Counted from the first letter of the whole stretch, positions 1 to 11,188 are shown. The stretch: DNA of 63,227 nucleotides, filler included, from Globobulimina sp. (GCA_003354225.1; 46 parts of 46 records of this genome joined end to end with filler, not necessarily neighbours in it), one strand, 5' to 3'. The notes: a model not told the origin generated them from the sequence alone. Translations and numbers: made by a program.

Positions 1-1
1 C

Positions 2-616
2 GTCATTTTTGTTAAAACCGATATAACCGACGAAGCATCATCAGAAAATGTTGCTAAAATTGCCAAAGAACAATTCGGTTCGGTGGATATATTGATCAAC
101 AATGCCGCGCTTTACGGACAGTATGAAACATTTAACAATGATCTTTCGTATATGAAAAAAGTCTTTGATATCAATTTGTTCGGACAATGGCTGGTGGTCA
201 AAGCGGTTACACCGTATATGATTGAACAGAATTTTGGACGTATTATCAATATTGCTTCAATAGCAGGCTATATGTGGCAGCTTACCAGCATGATCCCGGC
301 CAATGATGGGGTTGGCTCATTCGCCTATAACCAGAGCAAGTGGGCTGTTATAGGGATGACAAGACTTCTGGCCGGCCAGCTGGGGCAGAATAATATTACC
401 GTAAACTGCATTGCTCCCGGCCTGACCCTGACTGAAGGTACGGATGAACAGGTCCCGTCTGATTTTCATGGCATGTTTGCGGAGATGAATCCCATGAAAA
501 AAAATGTCCAGCCCGAAGATGTTGCAGGAACAGCCGTATATTTTGCCAGTGATGATGCAAGCTTTGTCACAGGGCAGTTGATCTGCGTTGACGGCGGCGC
601 GATTATGCCGGTTTAA
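2..616 (+). CDS. Short-chain dehydrogenase/reductase (FabG-like), bacterial, 5'-partial
   Basis: DILINNAA, IINIAS, catalytic YxxxK (YNQSK), VNCIAPG and ASFVTGQLICVDGG motifs; intronless; frame open from position 2. Confidence 0.93.
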   Translation, partial: VIFVKTDITDEASSENVAKIAKEQFGSVDILINNAALYGQYETFNNDLSYMKKVFDINLFGQWLVVKAVTPYMIEQNFGRIINIASIAGYMWQLTSMIPANDGVGSFAYNQSKWAVIGMTRLLAGQLGQNNITVNCIAPGLTLTEGTDEQVPSDFHGMFAEMNPMKKNVQPEDVAGTAVYFASDDASFVTGQLICVDGGAIMPV

Positions 617-684
617 CGTAGTATAGAAATCCTCATTCTATGGGCGTAGTCAGAGCTTTGGGCTATGCCTGTAAAAATAACGTA

Positions 685-819
685 AAAGTGCCTAAAGTGA
701 TCTAAAGTGCCTAAAATGCCTAAAGTTGAGGAATTCTGTCATTTTAAATTAAAAAAGATTGAGCGAAGCGAAACAATCACTTTAGCTCACTTTAGTTCAC
801 TTCAAACTTTAGGCACTTT
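685..819. repeat. Bacterial intergenic REP/MITE-like element built from 9-10 nt CTAAAGTG-type repeats
   Basis: 14-bp inverted repeat AAAGTGCCTAAAGT (685-698) / ACTTTAGGCACTTT (806-819), with tandem CTAAAGTG(C) units on the left arm and CACTTTAG units on the right. Confidence 0.75.
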
Positions 820-900
820 GTGGTTTTAAATTATTACTCCCTTACAGGGGAAACCAGATTCATGCCTATAGGTGTGGATTCTATACTGTGAGGATTGACG

Positions 901-1278
901 ATGGCGATAGAAACAAAAAAATCCTTTTGCCGTATCTGCAGCGCAGGGTGCGCAATTGAAGTAGATGTTGAAGATAATAAAATCACAAAAATCCGCGGCG
1001 ATGCCGATGATCCGATCTCGGGGGGCTACACCTGTAAAAAAGGTCGCGAAATGGTGTATCAGGCCCATTCGGAACATCGGTTGACCTCCTCATTGAAGCG
1101 TCTTCCTGACGGTAGTTTTCAGTCCATTGCAACGGAACAGGCCATGGATGAGATTGCCGAGCGGTTACAAAAGATCATGGACACATATGGCAAACGGGCA
1201 GTGGGGTCTTTATGCGGAACCGCATCCTATCAAAACGCTGTTACGGTTCCCCTGGTCCAGGCATGGCACCGGGGGCTC
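901..1278 (+). CDS. Molybdopterin (DMSO reductase family) oxidoreductase, N-terminal Fe4S4 domain, 3'-partial
   Basis: CRICSAGC...C(KKG) Fe-S motif, IRGDADDPISGGYTCKKG, RLTSSLKR, AMDEIAERL; GAGGA ribosome-binding site upstream. Confidence 0.92.
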
Positions 1279-1378
1279 NNNNNNNNNNNNNNNNNNNNNN
1301 NNNNNNNNNNNNNNNNNNNNNNTTAATTAATTAANNNNNNNNNNNNNNNNNNNNNNNNNNNNNNNNNNNNNNNNNNNN
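1279..1378. other. Artificial contig-joining linker N44-TTAATTAATTAA-N44 (first of 45, recurring about every 1.38 kb)
   Basis: Identical 100-bp linker with stops in all six frames separates unrelated contigs of near-equal length. Confidence 0.99.
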
Positions 1379-2316
1379 TCTTATAATTATGAGAAAAATC
1401 CATAAATGCAGAGATGAATTCTACATTCGAATTTTTGTTGTGTTTCTGTTGATTGTGTTATAAATACTGTTTCTTCGATCTATGACAGAGGAATTTCTAG
1501 TAATTCTGTTATGGTTTGTCATCCTCGCGGTTGTTTATTATGCATTAATAACTCCGTTGGTTCCGCACGATTTGAATATACGAATCATTGTAATCAATAT
1601 TTTTGCAGCAATATGTATTTATGTTATAACTTTAATATCAACCTATTGGGTCATACAAAAGTATCATAAACAGCATGCTGCCAATTTAGAATTACAACAT
1701 GCATTGTCAGTGGATCATAGTTCAACGGATAAATGTTTGAGTTTGGAGCAGATTTTATCAAAACAAGAATGGTTTGACATGTTTGCCGACCATCTTGTTC
1801 GGGAGTTCTCCATTGAAAATCTAGCATTTGTGTTTGAGACAATGCAGATCAAACATGAAGCAATCAAAAACAAATTAATTCTCAAAGAGGATGCCGGAGC
1901 AGTCATAGCAATGACCAGTCGACGATTGAATAAAGTGAGAAGAAAACATACATGTGCGGCTGTCAGGAATAAATGAGTTGAAACAAAGTATTCAATATGT
2001 TGTAAATGAGTATATTTATCGAGATGCACACAATCCGGTCAATATATCCTCGAATGGAAGAATGCATATTTTAAAAACATTTGATGCATTGGAGAAACAA
2101 ACGTTTCATGATGATATTCGAGATGTTGTTGATAGGAATTTGCATGCATTTACAGGCACAAATACAGTAAATGCAGGAGATAAGGAATTGACATTGAAAT
2201 ATGTGAGTTTATTCGATAAAGCAATTGTTGAAATATTATTATTGATGAAATTAGATTCGTTGTCAAGATTTTATCGTAGCAAACAATATCAAGCAATGGT
2301 AATTGACGAAAGTTGA
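1379..2316 (+). CDS. Transmembrane-RGS protein (7TM-RGS type), 5'-partial, frameshifted near 1950-1970
   Basis: RDEFYIR/EEF loop and two TM helices, then RGS motifs LEQIL, FADHLVREFSIENLAF, EYIYRDAHNPVNIS, LFDKAIVEILLLMKLDSLSRF; the RGS domain is split across two frames. Confidence 0.85.
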
Positions 2317-2356
2317 AAATGCAGTCTGACTGTATATTATTCGTGTAATCTGTGAA

Positions 2357-2455
2357 TATTCTTTTAATTACACCTCCTTTCCCGGCAGCATCACGACCTT
2401 CAAAAATTACTACAGCCCTAATGCCTTTATACTTGATCCAATCTTGCAGCTTCAG
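2357..2455 (-). CDS. ppk2: Polyphosphate kinase 2 fragment (bacterial, chimeric insert)
   Basis: LKLQDWIKYKGIRAVVIFEGRDAAGKGGVIKRI, the PPK2 Walker-A signature. Confidence 0.88.
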
Positions 2456-2541
2456 TGGGCCGGGTGAGATGGGTCCACAGCCGATTAAGCGCCGTGAACA
2501 CCTAGATGCGAACGAGAGGGATTCGACGCTGTGCTGACGCA

Positions 2542-2655
2542 GGTGGCTTGGATCTCCACTCGACCACCGGTGATGTTGCGCACCCAACCTTGCACCCCTT
2601 GCCTCTGGGCTTCTTCTTTGACGCGCTTTCGAAAATGCACCCCTTGCAGGGATCC
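2542..2655 (-). CDS. Acylphosphatase fragment (GC-rich source)
   Basis: Manual translation GSLQGVHFRKRVKEEAQRQGVQGWVRNITGGRVEIQAT matches the QGVxFR and GWVRN signatures. Confidence 0.75.
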
Positions 2656-2944
2656 TNNNNNNNNNNNNNNNNNNNNNNNNNNNNNNNNNNNNNNNNNNNN
2701 TTAATTAATTAANNNNNNNNNNNNNNNNNNNNNNNNNNNNNNNNNNNNNNNNNNNNATAATCTGTAAAAAACTGTAAATTCAAAGAGTTTACAGTAAAAA
2801 ACAGTAATTTCAAACTGAAAAGCAAAAAGTTAAATGTTACCTTTAACATTTTATTATTAACCTATTTTCCTTCCACAACAAAAACACCAATTCAGTGTAC
2901 CAGTCGATCCACAAAACGTTTTAGATATAAAATTCAATTTTTAG

Positions 2945-3660
2945 AGAAAAATGATGCAATAAAATGCGTTTATTGCGACCTGAAAATATCGTCAGCAGAA
3001 TATAACTCACATTTAACTGCTCATGAAATGCAAAATGATGACAGCAAAGAAACATTAATTCCCTGCGAGTCCTGTTCTCAACAAATACAAATCTCAAAAT
3101 TCAATGCGCATACAGCTCACTGTCAGAATAAAAATGAAAATAATTTGACATATTTTCGCTGCACACAACGTGGCTGCACTGCGCAATTTCTATTGCAAAC
3201 AGAGTACGATGATCATATATTAGTTCACAAACTGTCCGAACCTGAACCTCCACAGAAAGAAATGACGGCGCTGATATATATAATATGCCCTCAATGCAAG
3301 GCGAAGATAGCAGAAACAGAATATTTATCCCACGAATTGGTGCACAAACTATCCAACCCAGAGGCAAAAAAGTCCTCTGATCCGTTGATTAAATGCGAGT
3401 ATCCATCGTGTAACAAACAAGTGCTTTTCTCTCAATTGCAAGCTCATCGATTATGCCATGCAAATGTTATGTGACTTATATGTGTTATATATCTGATGTA
3501 CAGTTTCTAATTTTGCTGATTCACAGAAGGAACAACAAGCTCCGATCCAATGTGAATATAAAGGCTGTACTCAAATGGTTCCGTTCAACGAGATACAGCG
3601 CCATCAACTCGAGCATCAAAGGCAAGACACCGTCAATGAACTGGCAATTATGCAGCTGCG
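2945..3660 (+). CDS. Multi-zinc-finger (C2H2/UBZ-like) protein, spliced, partial
   Basis: At least six CxxC/CxxxxC...HxxxH(C) units, e.g. CVYCD..HLTAH, CESCS..HTAHC, CPQCK..HELVH, CEYPSC..HRLCH; probable intron at about 3466-3507. Confidence 0.7.
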
Positions 3661-3702
3661 TTTTGTTTTTTGTTTTGTTTTTATGTGGTTTTATTATTGT
3701 AC

Positions 3703-3822
3703 ATAAAAAATCATCCAACGCTGAGGAGGGGTAATGATAAAATTAACATTACCCCTCCTCACATGAGGAGGGGTAATGATAATTTCAACGTTACCCCTCC
3801 TCATCGTTGGATGATTTTTTAT
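3703..3822. repeat. Y/T-shaped nested palindrome (MITE-like)
   Basis: Perfect 18-bp outer inverted repeat ATAAAAAATCATCCAACG (3703-3720 / 3805-3822) enclosing two tandem 15-bp hairpins TGAGGAGGGGTAATG-10 nt-CRTTACCCCTCCTCA. Confidence 0.9.
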
Positions 3823-4008
3823 TCACACTTTTGAGGATCTTCAAAAAAAAAAAAATCTACATCAATAAATTTAATATTTTGTATTCAACCATACGCGTTT
3901 TAATGAGTTGGAATGTGCAATTGATAATGAATTGATGCTAAGAGTTTTTAAATTATTTTCAACATCTTTATTTCTTTCATCATGGGTCCATGCTGCCACT
4001 TTGATTTT

Positions 4009-4034
4009 GTGCGCATAGCTCAATCGATAGAGCA
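4009..4034 (+). tRNA. 5' fragment of a tRNA or tRNA-derived element, cut by the contig end
   Basis: GTGCGCA-TAGCTCAATCGATAGAGCA: 7-nt acceptor strand plus D-arm/A-box; anticodon not visible. Confidence 0.5.
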
Positions 4035-4232
4035 NNNNNNNNNNNNNNNNNNNNNNNNNNNNNNNNNNNNNNNNNNNNTTAATTAATTAANNNNNNNNNN
4101 NNNNNNNNNNNNNNNNNNNNNNNNNNNNNNNNNNATTGGCTCTCTGCTTGCTATTAAGGAAATTTACATCACGCCTAATTACAGTAATCCTTATGTAAAA
4201 TTCAGCGTGACGGTCGAGTGTGCCTGCCTAAA

Positions 4233-4314
4233 TTTACGGTCAATGCATATGATTTTACGGTCAATGCATATGATTTTACGGTCGATGCATACGATTTTAC
4301 GGTCGATGCATATG
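4233..4314 (+). repeat. 21-bp minisatellite, about 4 copies
   Basis: TTTACGGTC(A/G)ATGCATA(T/C)GAT tandem units. Confidence 0.9.
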
Positions 4315-4457
4315 CAAATATCTAACGACATTTTATAGATTTTTGGCAGTTTGCTTCGCGTTACGTAAAGTTTCGTTGTGTTTTCTTGTTATTTATACAA
4401 ATCTTGAACTTTGAATTAGAATTTCTGTTTAAATTAAATCAAATTTATCAAAAAATA

Positions 4458-4703
4458 ATGGCTCGAAGAGTAAATTGGCGTAATCCTGAACTGATCGAAC
4501 TTATACAAGAATTTCCAATCGACGAAATGGACTCAGAGGAAAAGCTGGCAAAAAGGATTACGGAGTTGACGGGTATCGCAGTTTCTCAATCCACAGTTAG
4601 TCGTCAACTAGAGAAATTGAGACGTGCTCCACCAGATCCGGCCGCCCCTCCTCCCGACGACAGAAATGAAGAAGAAACGGACGATTTGAGAGCCGAAAAC
4701 GAA
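4458..4703 (+). CDS. Small winged-HTH protein exon (IS630/Tc1-mariner HTH-like)
   Basis: SEEKLAKRITELTGIAVSQSTVSRQLEKL resembles transposase HTH helices; GTACGT donor at 4704. Confidence 0.45.
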
Positions 4704-5152
4704 GTACGTACATGTAGCTTGTTCTCTGTTTGTCAACTGTGTTGTAGATGAGAAGGGACCGATTTTTCGCGGCCCGGCCCGGCCCCACTTTTTGCTATTT
4801 GGGAATTTTGCATTTTTGGGGGTAAACCCCGTGCCGATGTACGACTGTACTGCATGTATATGTACCTACACCCAACGCTTGTTGTGTTTTTCATTAATCG
4901 TTGCTTGCTGTGTTTAGTTGCATGTTGCTGATGTTACACCTCCTACTGTTGCTTCATCGTCGCCTATACCTCCTTCAACAGATAATGTCCATGATGATTC
5001 TACATCACACTCTGTTCCCAAAAATGAGGAAGAATATGAGCATCATGACATTAGGTACAATCATGACATCAAGAAGTAGTCATCATGTATTATTAATGTG
5101 TGCATTATGTATCCAAGTTCCGTTAGGCGATTTCGCTGATTTTTTGTGCGTT

Positions 5153-5356
5153 GAAAATTTGGAAATTTTCGGGTTGACCAGAAATTGTCGGCGATTTTTA
5201 ACTCGGCTCGCGTGGTCCGTTTCCGCTGAATTTTGGTACTGCCGTACGTGTGGTACCGATGTATAACAGAGCCAAATTTCAGCTGAATCGGTCCACGCAA
5301 CATCGCGTGAAAAATCGCCGAAAATTTCTGGTCAACCCGAAAATTTCCAAATTTTC
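5153..5356. repeat. About 204-bp foldback palindrome (MITE-like)
   Basis: 34-bp perfect inverted arms (5153-5186 / 5323-5356) continuing imperfectly to a central GGTACC at 5252-5257. Confidence 0.88.
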
Positions 5357-5512
5357 GATTTTCGGCGATTTTTTGTCAAAAATGAAATGTTTTAGGCATG
5401 CACCTCGATTGANNNNNNNNNNNNNNNNNNNNNNNNNNNNNNNNNNNNNNNNNNNNTTAATTAATTAANNNNNNNNNNNNNNNNNNNNNNNNNNNNNNNN
5501 NNNNNNNNNNNN

Positions 5513-5830
5513 TAACATTACAAAAAAACCCTGATCCATACGACGCAATTGATATTCGACCTTGTTTAGTCGCAGTATTATTACTATAAACAAATAGTGT
5601 TTGGGCAGTGGATGAAATCCCAATTGTATGATCACTAAACTTGTGAACTGCATCACGTCCCATTATTAAATGGCCATAGACTGATATTGAGAAATCTCCT
5701 TTGAATATAATGGTTACACTGTCTTGGACAGTAACAAATACATTTACACCGATTACGATATCACTAATTACATTATATGTTGTTGACGATAATAAAGTGG
5801 TGTTGACGATAATAAAGTGGTGTTGACGGT
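5513..5830 (-). CDS. Beta-rich extracellular protein fragment (beta-helix-like)
   Basis: YNVISDIVIGVNVFVTVQDSVTIIFKGDFSISVYGHLI alternating hydrophobic pattern; a 20-bp duplication lies near 5782-5828. Confidence 0.35.
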
Positions 5831-6183
5831 ATACAATTGATTTAAATCGACGTCTGTTGACAATGCATTCCCAAATAAAATTACTGAGAGACATAGTGAC
5901 CACATGGTGTCTATTAAAACCGTTCCTTCAAAACTTTAAGAAATCAATGACTATCCATCAGAGATAGACTTGCCTGACTTTGGCATAAATGAATTCAATG
6001 AATTAAAGCTAAATCAACTTTACAATGTCTATAGAATATGATACAAAACAAATATTAACTCCTTACATACATTTCTATCAAATTGCAACAAAAAACAAAC
6101 AAAAGAATATTACTAAAAATCATACAACAACAAAAACAAACAAATATTTTAGTCAGTCAGTCAAAAATAAATAAAGATAAAAC

Positions 6184-6790
6184 CTACAAATAAGAAACGA
6201 ACACATTGCCCAAACACAGCCAGTCCGCATGCTCATCAATATTTAAATGGATATATTTCTGCAACAATGGAGGTGGCGTCAAATGCGGACAAAAATCGAG
6301 CAATCGAATCAACTGTCGATCAAACGATTTTTTGTTCACCAGTGCCCTCTGAAAACACAAGGCAATAAATTCCGACGACGAGAAATTAAAAAAACTGGTT
6401 CCTTCATCAAATTGCAGCCGCACCGTCCTCCGAAACAAAGACGCATTGCTACTCAACAGAAAGCGGTAGAAATACTTCTCCGGATTCTCCATATACCGCT
6501 GCATGCTGCCGGCAAATATGGCGGGATCGCCCAAGACCCGGCCGCCTTTCACCAGGTTCTCCGCCACATTGGCCGCCTCATTCGCGAATTTCTTGGCAGA
6601 CACAACCACTGTGCCCAACCTGTACACCACGCATCGATACGCCACTTTCCACCTCAAGAACCCAATAAAGTACCCGTGCGGCGACCACAAGGCAAGACAA
6701 AAGACGTAGTATTTGAGAATTGGCAACGACAAAGTCTCATGAAAAGATGCGGCGGCGTGGGATTGTCCGCGATCATGATCGCCGTGTGCA
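6184..6790 (-). CDS. Hypothetical protein (higher GC segment)
   Basis: ORF of 182 aa or more followed by an AT-rich tail; no motif recognised; an overlapping + ORF exists. Confidence 0.3.
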
Positions 6791-6890
6791 NNNNNNNNNN
6801 NNNNNNNNNNNNNNNNNNNNNNNNNNNNNNNNNNTTAATTAATTAANNNNNNNNNNNNNNNNNNNNNNNNNNNNNNNNNNNNNNNNNNNN

Positions 6891-8168
6891 GTTTCTGTTT
6901 GTGATGATTGTGTTATTATTGATTTTAAGTCTTCTGATGTTTCCAAATGCTTTTTAAATCGATTTAGTGATTTTATGTCATTGTTTATCTGAGAATGAAT
7001 ATCAAGTCCTACTGTAGGGGGAGTGTCATAACCCATTTTAGGAGGTGCCAACTCGATTTTAGGCTTTGGGGGACCCTTGCATAAATAACGCCAATGACCG
7101 GCGATGTTACATTTATTGCAAACATAAGGTGGGTCAGGAATGGGGTATTTTAGCCAACGACGAGCGCGTCTGTCAAGATAGAAATGTTTTCGCTTGACAG
7201 GTTTATAACGAAAATTTTTCAAATTTGGTGGTATAAATTTTTGACAATTTTTCGAAAATTTTCGCGCAGGGGGTGACGCATCATTAACGCGATGGATGGT
7301 AGGCGCTGACATCTCAGGGTCAAACTCCGACTTAGTAGTACTAAAGGAACTAGGCTGATCAGAATATACATAACAAATCTTCCTATTTATAGTACAGGTT
7401 TGATCCCTTTCTGACAAATGATCTTTACTCCCTGAATAATCCTCACTTTGTGAATATAATGACATTTTACTCTCCCCTATCGACAGTGACTGATTAGAGT
7501 CTGATAGTATGCGTTTGTTAAGCACTAAATTACCAGTTATATCCCTTTCCAATGGTGACTTACATGACTCAGAATGAGTTGTTGACTGATCATGATGACT
7601 AATTGGTGTATGTTGACCAGACTGAATAAACAATGCAGTTGATTGGGCCAAAGGGGGACATTCAGACTTGGTAGTGTCCACTGTATCAGAGAGTATAACC
7701 TCATCAGTTTTCAACTGGGGTAACTCCTGATTAATCAATTGTTGCCAATGTTTCTCTATATTTTGTAATTGAATTGATTGTTCTATAAGGGGGTTATTTG
7801 GCCCTGAATGGTAACCACTTGATTGACTGTATGAATTACATATTTCAACGACATTTTGTGTTATGAATTTAGCCACAGCATCGCTTTTTAAAAATTTTGA
7901 GCTGACTTGCGATACAGAATGAGGACTAGATATAGTATGTACCGAGTTTTGATGTTGCATGCTATCAGGCAAATGTGTAAAAAGACTAATACCACCAGAT
8001 AAATTAAGTTTATTGGTCGTTAATTGTGGTTTAACTATTTTTTGACTAGAAACGATCGATGAGCCAATGCCAGAAGATACGGTTACGTCAGGCGAAATAA
8101 AAACGTCTGTTTTTACAGCACTACTAGACGGCATAGGCGAGACAGCCTGACTATTTATTTTATCATTA
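6891..8168 (-). mobile_element. Gag/ORF1-like protein with CCHC zinc knuckle (retroelement-like), partial
   Basis: Intronless ORF over 400 aa, Ser/Thr-rich, with CNKCNIAGHWRYLC (CX2CX4HX4C) preceded by a basic patch. Confidence 0.6.
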
Positions 8169-8687
8169 NNNNNNNNNNNNNNNNNNNNNNNNNNNNNNNN
8201 NNNNNNNNNNNNTTAATTAATTAANNNNNNNNNNNNNNNNNNNNNNNNNNNNNNNNNNNNNNNNNNNNTTTTGGTCAATTTGGGGTAAGCTTTGATCGTG
8301 TCTCAATAACCATTGTCGTAACTGGAATTTGGTCATTTTTTTGATCTCGGATTCTGATTTAGCCATCCTTTGGAAGTTGGTGTTTCAGGAATCGATCGAC
8401 TGGAAAAGGAATGGTTGATATGCTTTGCTGTGTGGTTTTGGCAACGGAAATAACTTATAGTTTGCGAACGGATTGACGAGATAGTTTCCTAGGTTTGGGG
8501 AAAGATGTTTTTTTGATGAGATGGCTACTCAAAAACTATTGAAAAACTAACGGATTATCTGCCGCTGAACGTTTCTACTTTCTATTGATAAATGTTGCTA
8601 TTTCGGATTTTATGTTGCAAGTTTATTGTGTTAATGATGTCAATTAAAGAGCGATGTCACTATAAATTTATAATTATGTCAATCAAT

Positions 8688-9236
8688 TCATTTGTCTTTT
8701 TTTGTGTCTTTCTTCAGTTTGATGTCGTTTTCTTTGTTACCTTTGGCATCCATAACAGTTGCTTTCTTGGGCTTGGACTCAACAAAAAGCAACACCTTCT
8801 GCACTCCAATCAATATGACAGCACCAATCAAACCGGGAGCAATAATACCTTTTGGTCCCATTTTCTTGACGGCATACAAGTACGCATAAGCCGCTGCGGG
8901 AGGATGGAGCACACCAAACAGAGACATGAGTGCAATGGTCAGAGCTACAGCAACTGCTTCGGCAAAAGGAATCCCAGCAGCTACCACACCATATCCAACC
9001 AACCCAGCAATGATATGACCATATACCACAGCTTTTGGCTGAGAAGCTGGGGCTGCGGGCATACAAAAGAGCAAAACAGCTAATGCGCCCAATGGAGGAC
9101 AGAGACAACCCAATCCCATTGGTTCGAGTGAAGCATTGCTAATATATAATACGGCAAATCCGAGAGCTGTCTGAAGCCCTGGCAAGGCTGCGTCCATTAG
9201 GTTCACTAGTACTTCACTTCTGAAAACGTTAACTGT
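8688..9236 (-). CDS. HPP-family membrane protein (nitrite transporter-like), probably 5'-truncated
   Basis: PPLGALAVLLFCMPAAPASQPKAVVYGH and the eponymous LHPPAAA motif; four to five hydrophobic helices. Confidence 0.88.
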   Translation of the reverse strand, partial: TVNVFRSEVLVNLMDAALPGLQTALGFAVLYISNASLEPMGLGCLCPPLGALAVLLFCMPAAPASQPKAVVYGHIIAGLVGYGVVAAGIPFAEAVAVALTIALMSLFGVLHPPAAAYAYLYAVKKMGPKGIIAPGLIGAVILIGVQKVLLFVESKPKKATVMDAKGNKENDIKLKKDTKKDK

Positions 9237-9265
9237 CAATAAAAAAAACTTTAAAACTAAAACAA

Positions 9266-9546
9266 ATGGCAGCTCAGTTGCAGACTAACGAAGGTCTTGG
9301 GGAAACTGAAGAACTTAAAGCCTGGCTAAAAGGAAATAAGTTGACAAAAGCAATGGGTATATTGATAGAGATTGGTGTGACATTGGAAGAATTGAGGGAT
9401 TTATCACAGCAATCATCAATTAAGGAGCTAAAGTTTATTATTTGTACTTTTTATATGTTTACTTAATTAATTGATTTATGAATTTAATACAGAAAGTATG
9501 CTGTTAACACATTGAAACTCGATCTTGTACATTCAGGCCGTTTTGC
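9266..9546 (+). CDS. SAM-domain protein N-terminus, intron 9433-9492
   Basis: LKAWLKGNKLTKAMGILIEIGVTLEELRDL SAM pattern; a 60-nt GT-AG intron keeps the frame. Confidence 0.7.
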
Positions 9547-9731
9547 NNNNNNNNNNNNNNNNNNNNNNNNNNNNNNNNNNNNNNNNNNNNTTAATTAATT
9601 AANNNNNNNNNNNNNNNNNNNNNNNNNNNNNNNNNNNNNNNNNNNNAATTAGTAAAATACCGAACGATACCAAATTCATTTCTCACTCATTTGATACCTA
9701 CCAATACCCGGAAGCAATAACAAAATGTGTA

Positions 9732-10923
9732 ATGGACATGGATACACGACAAGACCATAAAACAGAAGAAAATCATATGATTAATATCAATACCGCCGTG
9801 ATTAATGCAAAAAATTCTAGTGCTAATACCGAAGCCATGTTTATTGAACGATGCCGTTATATAAATAATATCGCTGGTATGATGGGTTATGAAATGGGTG
9901 AAGAAGAGAAATACCGTACTGAAAATACCAAAATCTTAACATTAATACAGGAATGGTTAGATCAATGCGTTGAAAACAAAAATGCACCAATAGAAGGTAA
10001 AGAAATCGCTGGAATTTTAAATCAAATCAAAGCCACATCAATACTATCAATGGCCCGACATACGGACGGATACGAATGTATGTTCAAAATGTTACAAGAT
10101 ACCGCGGTGTTAGTATTAGCAACAAACCAATGGTTATATGGGGTTGAAAGCACTTTACGACAATACAACGATAACTGGATAATATATAACAATACCGGAA
10201 AAATCAGAAGAGACAGATTAGAGCATCATGATAACGATATCGAATTTCTAAAAACCGAAGTAGCTAAACTAACAACAGTTAACAATAAATTGGTCAGTAA
10301 TTATAATATCGCCGCAAACAAAATTTTGGAGTTGGAGAAAAAATTAAAATCAATGTCAGTACAACCGCCTACAATAGAAACAAAACCAATAGAAACAAAA
10401 CCAGATCCTGAAATCGAAATGAAAGCCTCTTCACGTGACATTCGGGATCTACTAGTTGGAGGTGACAATCGTTGCTACTTTAACTGGGATAACCCCATTA
10501 CTATCAAAAAACATATTGTTATTAATACCGGGGAAATACCACACAAAACCGAACGATGCCAATTCTTTAGTTTTTCACATTATTTGATGTTTCATATCGC
10601 CCTTCATGTGGAAGACCATGAACTAATAAAACGACTCCGTGAAGTTAAAAACAAAAGGTATTTCGACTATATTTTACAACCATGCCCTATACAACGGTAC
10701 TTAGAGAACAAAACCGATTTCACTGCTGAATGGATTGGAGATAAATATTATGAGTACTGGAATACCGTAGCAAAAACCAACAATACCGTGGCAGCTTTAC
10801 TGGGAAAATTAGCTCATATCAAAAGTAATATCAAATTTTTATACCCAGATAACAAAATCGGTATCGGATACGAAATAACAAAACCGGATATAATGTCCCA
10901 TACACTTGAAACCGGAAGTCCGG
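9732..10923 (+). CDS. Intronless coiled-coil hypothetical protein, 3'-partial (possibly retroelement ORF1 or viral)
   Basis: About 400-aa open frame with a central coiled coil (IEFLKTEVAKL...ILELEKKL); no family motif recognised. Confidence 0.55.
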
Positions 10924-11188
10924 NNNNNNNNNNNNNNNNNNNNNNNNNNNNNNNNNNNNNNNNNNNNTTAATTAATTAANNNNNNNNNNNNNNNNNNNNN
11001 NNNNNNNNNNNNNNNNNNNNNNNAAAGATTAAATACACAGCAACAAGGTTCTTATCTGCCCACTGATAACTGATAACTCAGGCCGATCAATATCCAATTA
11101 ATTTATAATCAACTATTATTCAACAGTTTTCAACTTTTTTTCAAAAACAATATATGAGGTCTGAACTTAGAGAATTAAAATTTTTTGT

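Noticed and set aside
6247-6790. Arg/His-rich plus-strand ORF
   Set aside because: Composition typical of an antisense shadow ORF; no motifs
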